DNA of 38,274 nucleotides from a virus (taxonomy: Duplodnaviria; Caudoviricetes): IMG/VR virus record IMGVR_UViG_3300020181_000007, positions 1 through 38,274 of that record; one strand, 5' to 3'. This document shows positions 34,040 through 38,274 of the stretch, in pieces. How positions within the stretch are numbered: the first letter of the stretch is position 1; the number at the start of each line of letters is the position of its first letter. The translations under genes and the position numbers were made by a program. Below the pieces are notes generated by a model. The model worked only from the letters and a program-made list of their open reading frames with translations, ran no database searches and was not told the DNA's origin.

Positions 34040-35022
34040 CAGGCCGCCTCGAGCGGCGCGGCGATCTCCGCGACGCGCTTCGCAATGGCGTAATAGCCGG
34101 CGGCGGTGAAGTTGAGGTTGCTCGACGCCAGGGACGGCGGTGGCAGCTGGTCGCTCATGGCGATGTCATCGGCCGACCCGCCGACCACCGGATACGTCAG
34201 AGCCGGGGCGTAGATCTTGGCATAAGCCAGCGCGCCATTCGGGCCTTTGTCGGCCATGAAGGCGTTGATGTCGAAGAAGCGCGCGCCGTAGAGCGTCTTC
34301 ATGTTGGAATTGAAAGCCAGGATCGCGTTGCGGTCCGTGACCTTCGCGCCGCCCGATCCTTCGTCCTGGCCGAGCGTGATGCCGAAGACCAGATACCGTG
34401 TGTGCGGGATGTAGGCGACAGCCGCCGCCAGCTTCGCCTTCGCCAGCCCGGGGGCGGTCTCAAGATCCGACTTCGGGGTGTCGTTCCGGCCGGCCCACAG
34501 CAGCTGAGTATAGTTACGGTAGAGGACCGCCTTCTCAGGGGTGAAGGGCTGCGCGCCAGCCGAAGCGACTGCCGAGCCTGCGGTATCCCGCGTGAAGGTG
34601 TAGCTTGCGCCTGAGATGCGCGCGAGGGTGCCGAGAACGCCCGACACCATGCCCCGGATGCTTTCGGCGGCAGCGATGACGTTCATGTTGACGGTCGCCG
34701 GCTCTGCGGTCGTCCCAGCCGGGATCGTCCCCGACGTGATGGTGACGTTGAACGCCGTGCCGCTCTGGCGGGCCACGATGAAGCTCGACGTCTGGCCGGG
34801 GACGCCTTCTTCCTGCACTGTGCGGCCGGTCAGGCTGGCGAGGTGCACCGTGTAGCCCAGCGAGTTCGTGCCGTTCGAGCCGTTACCGTTCGTCTGGTCG
34901 TCGCCCCACGCCACGAAAGGCCCGGTGTACACGACAGGCGCAGGCGGGGGCGCGGAACCGCCGGACTGCCCCGGCGCGGTCACCCACCCGGCCTGGATCC
35001 CATATGCCTTCGGAAGCGGCAT
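34039..35022 (-). CDS. SGNH/GDSL-fold virion protein, catalytically degenerate
   Basis: Blocks WGDDQT, GVPGQTS, WAGRND and SSNLNFTAAGY. Confidence 0.72.
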   Translation of the reverse strand: MPLPKAYGIQAGWVTAPGQSGGSAPPPAPVVYTGPFVAWGDDQTNGNGSNGTNSLGYTVHLASLTGRTVQEEGVPGQTSSFIVARQSGTAFNVTITSGTIPAGTTAEPATVNMNVIAAAESIRGMVSGVLGTLARISGASYTFTRDTAGSAVASAGAQPFTPEKAVLYRNYTQLLWAGRNDTPKSDLETAPGLAKAKLAAAVAYIPHTRYLVFGITLGQDEGSGGAKVTDRNAILAFNSNMKTLYGARFFDINAFMADKGPNGALAYAKIYAPALTYPVVGGSADDIAMSDQLPPPSLASSNLNFTAAGYYAIAKRVAEIAAPLEAA

Positions 35023-35023
35023 A

Positions 35024-35425
35024 TCAGGTCAGGGTTGCCGAGAGGCCGGTGATTTCGTTCGCGCCCGCGTTCAGCAGGCGGACGCTGGAGCCCTCCCCGA
35101 TCACGACACCGAAGCCGCCGGGAGCCGTCAGGGCCGCGCCGACGTTGCGCCACGTCACGCCATCGGAGGCGAGGGATTGCAGCTGCAGGGATGGCGTGGT
35201 GCCTCCGAACTGCGCGTCAAAGACGTAGGAGCCGCCCCGCACCTGGGAGACGGCGGTGGTTCCCGCAGCGGCGGCGAGCGACGCCTGGGGGGTCACCGTG
35301 CCGTTGGCCGCGACCGTGCCCGCCAGGCGATAGGTGCTGCCAGCGCCCTGCTTGATCGGGATGGGGTTGGTCTCAGAGACCGGAGCCCCCCGATTGCTGC
35401 CGGTGAAGATTTGCAGGAAGCTCAT
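35024..35425 (-). CDS. Small beta-rich virion protein (possible spike base)
   Basis: TGATG-coupled start MSFLQIF; 133 aa. Confidence 0.65.
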   Translation of the reverse strand: MSFLQIFTGSNRGAPVSETNPIPIKQGAGSTYRLAGTVAANGTVTPQASLAAAAGTTAVSQVRGGSYVFDAQFGGTTPSLQLQSLASDGVTWRNVGAALTAPGGFGVVIGEGSSVRLLNAGANEITGLSATLT

Positions 35426-35991
35426 CAGATGTAGTCCCTCATCCGGGGTTGGCGCGGCACGCACTTCTTGAGGCGCGAGCGAAGGGAGGCGACGGAGCGA
35501 TTGCCGACCATGACGGTGCGGGCGCTGACCTCGCCCCCGTACTCATCGACCAGCGCCGCGGCGAGTTGGCAGGCGAAGCCCTCTTCATCCTCAGAGCCGA
35601 AGGGGAACTCATCGGACGCCTTCAGGTCGTCAATCCGGTTCCACGTCGCCTTCGTGGCGCTGTAGAGCCAGGTCCCGGCGTTCGCGACGTCGCCCACGAT
35701 CTGCACGCGGGCGAGATCCAGCGGGGGCCGCGCGCAGCCGTTCCAGGTGATTGACGTCGGTAGGGTGACCGAGCCCGGAGCCAGGACGGCGATGCGCTCG
35801 CCCTCCTTGGCTGTGTAGGCGGTGTTCGCAATGCGGTCGGTCCACCGCGCGTTGTGATAGAGGCCCGGAAGGTCGACGATGAGGCTCCGCAGAACCTCCA
35901 TCGCGTCGGACGCTTCCTGGCCGCTCGGGACGCCGGTTTCGCCGGCAACCTTGCGCAAGGCCCGACGCATGATGTCGAGGTTCGTCGTCAT
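35425..35991 (-). CDS. Head-to-tail adaptor (P22 gp4-like)
   Basis: TTNLDIMRRALRK..GETGVPSGQEASDAMEVL; LAAALVDEYG. Confidence 0.82.
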   Translation of the reverse strand: MTTNLDIMRRALRKVAGETGVPSGQEASDAMEVLRSLIVDLPGLYHNARWTDRIANTAYTAKEGERIAVLAPGSVTLPTSITWNGCARPPLDLARVQIVGDVANAGTWLYSATKATWNRIDDLKASDEFPFGSEDEEGFACQLAAALVDEYGGEVSARTVMVGNRSVASLRSRLKKCVPRQPRMRDYI

Positions 35992-36005
35992 CGGGCTCTC
36001 ACGTC

Positions 36006-36058
36006 AGAAAGGGGTGCGCCCCGCCTACGTTTGCGGGAAAGACGGGGCGCTGGGCCTT
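36006..36058 (-). terminator. Hairpin/terminator after the capsid genes
   Basis: GCGCCCCGTCT...AGGCGGGGCGC stem followed by CCCCTTTCT. Confidence 0.5.
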
Positions 36059-36446
36059 AGGCTTCTTCGCCGTCGCGTTGAGCGTCGGCTTCGGCCTGGG
36101 CCTCTTCCTCGAGGCGCTGAGCCTCGGCCTTCTCGGCTTGATCCAGCTTCGACCGCAGGGTCTTCGGGCTGGCGTCCGACCGATACGAGACGCCGAGTTC
36201 GTCAAGGCGGGCCTTGATCTGGTCGGTCTCGTTCTGCTCCTGCGTCGCCTGCAGGGCGGCTTCCTCGGACGTTTCCGCCTCGGTCGCCTCGCCGCGCAGC
36301 TCGACGTAACGGTTGCCCTGGAGCTTCTGATACTGCTCCGGGGTCACCTTCACTTCGGACCATTCACGGCTCAGCTGGTTGCCGAACAGCGTGATCGTCT
36401 CGAACATGCCCAGCTCTTCGCTGGAGCCGATGATACGAGCTTCCAT
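36057..36446 (-). CDS. Hypothetical protein with a HeH/LEM-like segment
   Basis: 129 aa; QIKARLDELGVSYRSDASPKTLRSKL. Confidence 0.7.
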   Translation of the reverse strand: MEARIIGSSEELGMFETITLFGNQLSREWSEVKVTPEQYQKLQGNRYVELRGEATEAETSEEAALQATQEQNETDQIKARLDELGVSYRSDASPKTLRSKLDQAEKAEAQRLEEEAQAEADAQRDGEEA

Positions 36447-36457
36447 GTCGGTTGCTC

Positions 36458-36856
36458 CTACTGGCTGACGTAGTGGACGCCGTAGCGGAGAGTGCCGCCC
36501 GTCGCGCCCGCTGCAGCCGAAACGCGCACCTGAATGAGCGTCTCGGCCGGGTACTTGTAGCCAAGGCCGGTGGCGGCGATGGCCTGGTTCACGGTCCCGG
36601 AGGCCGCGCCGGTCTGCAGGCGGTCGGTGTCGCCTGCGTCTCCGACTTCGAGGGTCACGCCGGTCGGGCCGGACGTCACCACGCCGATAATCTCAGCGCC
36701 CGGAGGCACGCGCACGCCGCCGAACAGCGCGCCAACGGTCTGCTGGCCGGCGGTGACCGTGATGGTCTCACCGGCGAACGTGACCTGGTTGCTGTCCGTC
36801 GAAGTCCGCGGGGGACGATAGGACGTCGGATCGTTGGGGGGGAAAGCTTGAGCCAT
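36458..36856 (-). CDS. Capsid decoration/cement protein
   Basis: 132 aa directly after the MCP; VPPGAEI..LEVGDAGDTDR motif. Confidence 0.72.
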   Translation of the reverse strand: MAQAFPPNDPTSYRPPRTSTDSNQVTFAGETITVTAGQQTVGALFGGVRVPPGAEIIGVVTSGPTGVTLEVGDAGDTDRLQTGAASGTVNQAIAATGLGYKYPAETLIQVRVSAAAGATGGTLRYGVHYVSQ

Positions 36857-36871
36857 TGTGTCGGTCCTCCC

Positions 36872-38008
36872 TTAGACCGCGCCGAACATCGAAACGATGC
36901 CGTGTTGTTGCCCAGGCCCGGCGTCGCCGGTCTGCTTGAAGAAGGTCTTGTCGATGCCGCGAAGCTCTTCGGTGCCGACGCCCTTGATGAAGCCATAGTC
37001 GTCATCGGCCCGCTTGGTCGGGATGGGGTCCTGACCCCAGGTGATCGCGAGCGCCTGAGCGCCGCAGAGGTAGCCGGGGGCCACGTCCGCGCTGGCTGCG
37101 CCGACACCCGTCAGGACCGGCATTTCCGGCACCTTCTTGATGATGACGCCGTTCCACATCAGATCGCCGCCCGTGAAATACGGGTTGGCGTCTTGCCGGC
37201 GCTCGATGCTTTCGCGGTTGAACGCCTTGATATCCGGGTCCTGGCGGAGCCGATTGAACCCGCGGGTCGGAACCCACAGCACATAACCGCTATAGCCGTC
37301 CTCGCCCACGCGGTACGGGCGGAGGGACCGCTTGCCGGCGAAGCGGTCGCGGGACTCGGCAATGTCAATCGCCGCGTCGATCATCGTGGACGACCAGAGA
37401 TCGTTCACGTTGTCCACGTTGGCGAGCGACGCGGCCATGTTGCCGGCGACGGTATTCGCCTGCGTCACGCCGAAGAGGGCGCGGTTATAGTTGTCCGTCA
37501 GCCAGTTGTTGCGCTGGGTGGCGGTCGCCTCGGCGTAGGGCACCTGCTTGCCGATGCCCATTTCGTCGTTGAAGCGCGATTCGTCCTCGGCCACGACCGA
37601 GAAGGCTTCGATCATGCGTTCCCGCATATCGTCGGTCGACCACGTCTTCAGAGCGCCCTTGGAAGCGCGCAGAATGTCGAGGAACGTGAGTTGGATCATC
37701 GACTTCTTGGTGACGACGGCGTTACGCCGCCACACCGGACGAACCCGCATCCCGAAGGTGTCGAGCTTGTCTTCAGCGCCGGTCAGCAGACCGGAGCCGA
37801 CGCCCTTGCCCTTCAGGGATCCGACGAGCGGGACGGTGATGTCCTTGCCGCCGTCGATCAGATCGCGAAAGGTGGTGAACATCGCGCCAGGAGCGCTGTC
37901 AGCCGCCCCCATGTAGCGCGCGAATTGCGTTTCCCGGACGTACTCGGTCCAGTACGCGGTGCGGAACTTCGTGAGTTCCAGCTGCTCCTGTGCCTGCGTA
38001 TAGGCCAT
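36872..38008 (-). CDS. Major capsid protein (DUF4043/N4-gp56-like)
   Basis: 378 aa after the scaffold; LVGSLKGKGV..LTGAED.L, NPYFTGG..WNGVIIK, LCGAQAL..WG. Confidence 0.9.
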   Translation of the reverse strand: MAYTQAQEQLELTKFRTAYWTEYVRETQFARYMGAADSAPGAMFTTFRDLIDGGKDITVPLVGSLKGKGVGSGLLTGAEDKLDTFGMRVRPVWRRNAVVTKKSMIQLTFLDILRASKGALKTWSTDDMRERMIEAFSVVAEDESRFNDEMGIGKQVPYAEATATQRNNWLTDNYNRALFGVTQANTVAGNMAASLANVDNVNDLWSSTMIDAAIDIAESRDRFAGKRSLRPYRVGEDGYSGYVLWVPTRGFNRLRQDPDIKAFNRESIERRQDANPYFTGGDLMWNGVIIKKVPEMPVLTGVGAASADVAPGYLCGAQALAITWGQDPIPTKRADDDYGFIKGVGTEELRGIDKTFFKQTGDAGPGQQHGIVSMFGAV

Positions 38009-38274
38009 TTAGCCTGCTCCAAACATTTGGCGGTACGCCTCTTCGCCGTCCTTCGGCATGGGGGTTGACGTACTGCTTGCGGAAGGTGCCGCAGCGATGC
38101 TTGCGCGGGGCGCTGCGGGGCGGGCCGGCGGCTGGGTAGCGCCGGCAGTCGGGGTGGGCGTGGGCGAAGCGTTCTGAGTGGCAAGCCACGCCTCGAATTG
38201 CTCCAGCTTCGTCGGATCGACGCGGGTCAGCAGCTGTTCGCGCTTCCACTCGGCCACGACGAGCGCGTAGGGAT
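38009..38274 (-). CDS. Scaffolding protein, C-terminal part
   Basis: In frame with 635..1 through the terminal overlap; ends ...EEAYRQMFGAG directly before the capsid ATG. Confidence 0.85.
   Translation of the reverse strand, partial: PYALVVAEWKREQLLTRVDPTKLEQFEAWLATQNASPTPTPTAGATQPPARPAAPRASIAAAPSASSTSTPMPKDGEEAYRQMFGAG
38148..38274. repeat. Terminal overlap, identical to 1..127
   Basis: Exact 127-nt direct repeat. Confidence 0.97.

Larger units (their letters stand above)
1..38274. mobile_element. Complete temperate P22-like podophage genome (excised/circular form)
   Basis: Terminase, portal, capsid, gp4/gp10-like neck, ejection proteins, lysis, cI/cro, int/xis and an intact attP are all present. 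No tape measure or tail tube was found. The ends overlap by 127 nt. Confidence 0.95.

Overview
The window is a complete, circularly permuted genome (~38,147 bp unique; the first 127 nt repeat the last 127 nt) of a temperate, GC-rich, P22-like short-tailed phage. The host is probably an alphaproteobacterium (Caulobacteraceae-like), inferred from the tRNA fragment, promoter style, LexA-box type and GC content. The minus strand carries the cro-cII-replication-terS-NusG-terL-portal block and the scaffold-capsid-neck-appendage-ejection-tail fibre-lysis block. The plus strand carries the repressor operon and the early-left recombination operon ending in xis/int. The most unusual elements are: (1) a reversed attP carrying the 5' half of tRNA-Leu(TAG) plus a phage-borne promoter; (2) two alphaproteobacterial LexA-type boxes in the attP arm, upstream of a zinc-finger gene, in a phage whose repressor has no self-cleavage domain; (3) a NusG-family antiterminator with a downstream promoter and UUCG-hairpin leader, placed between terS and terL; (4) a small-protein/multi-TM pair heading a lysis cassette rich in membrane proteins; (5) a catalytically dead SGNH domain and a shared N-terminal docking motif in an appendage cluster; (6) a single-chain triple-repeat protein at the tail-plug position. 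All protein calls come from recognised motifs and synteny, not database searches.
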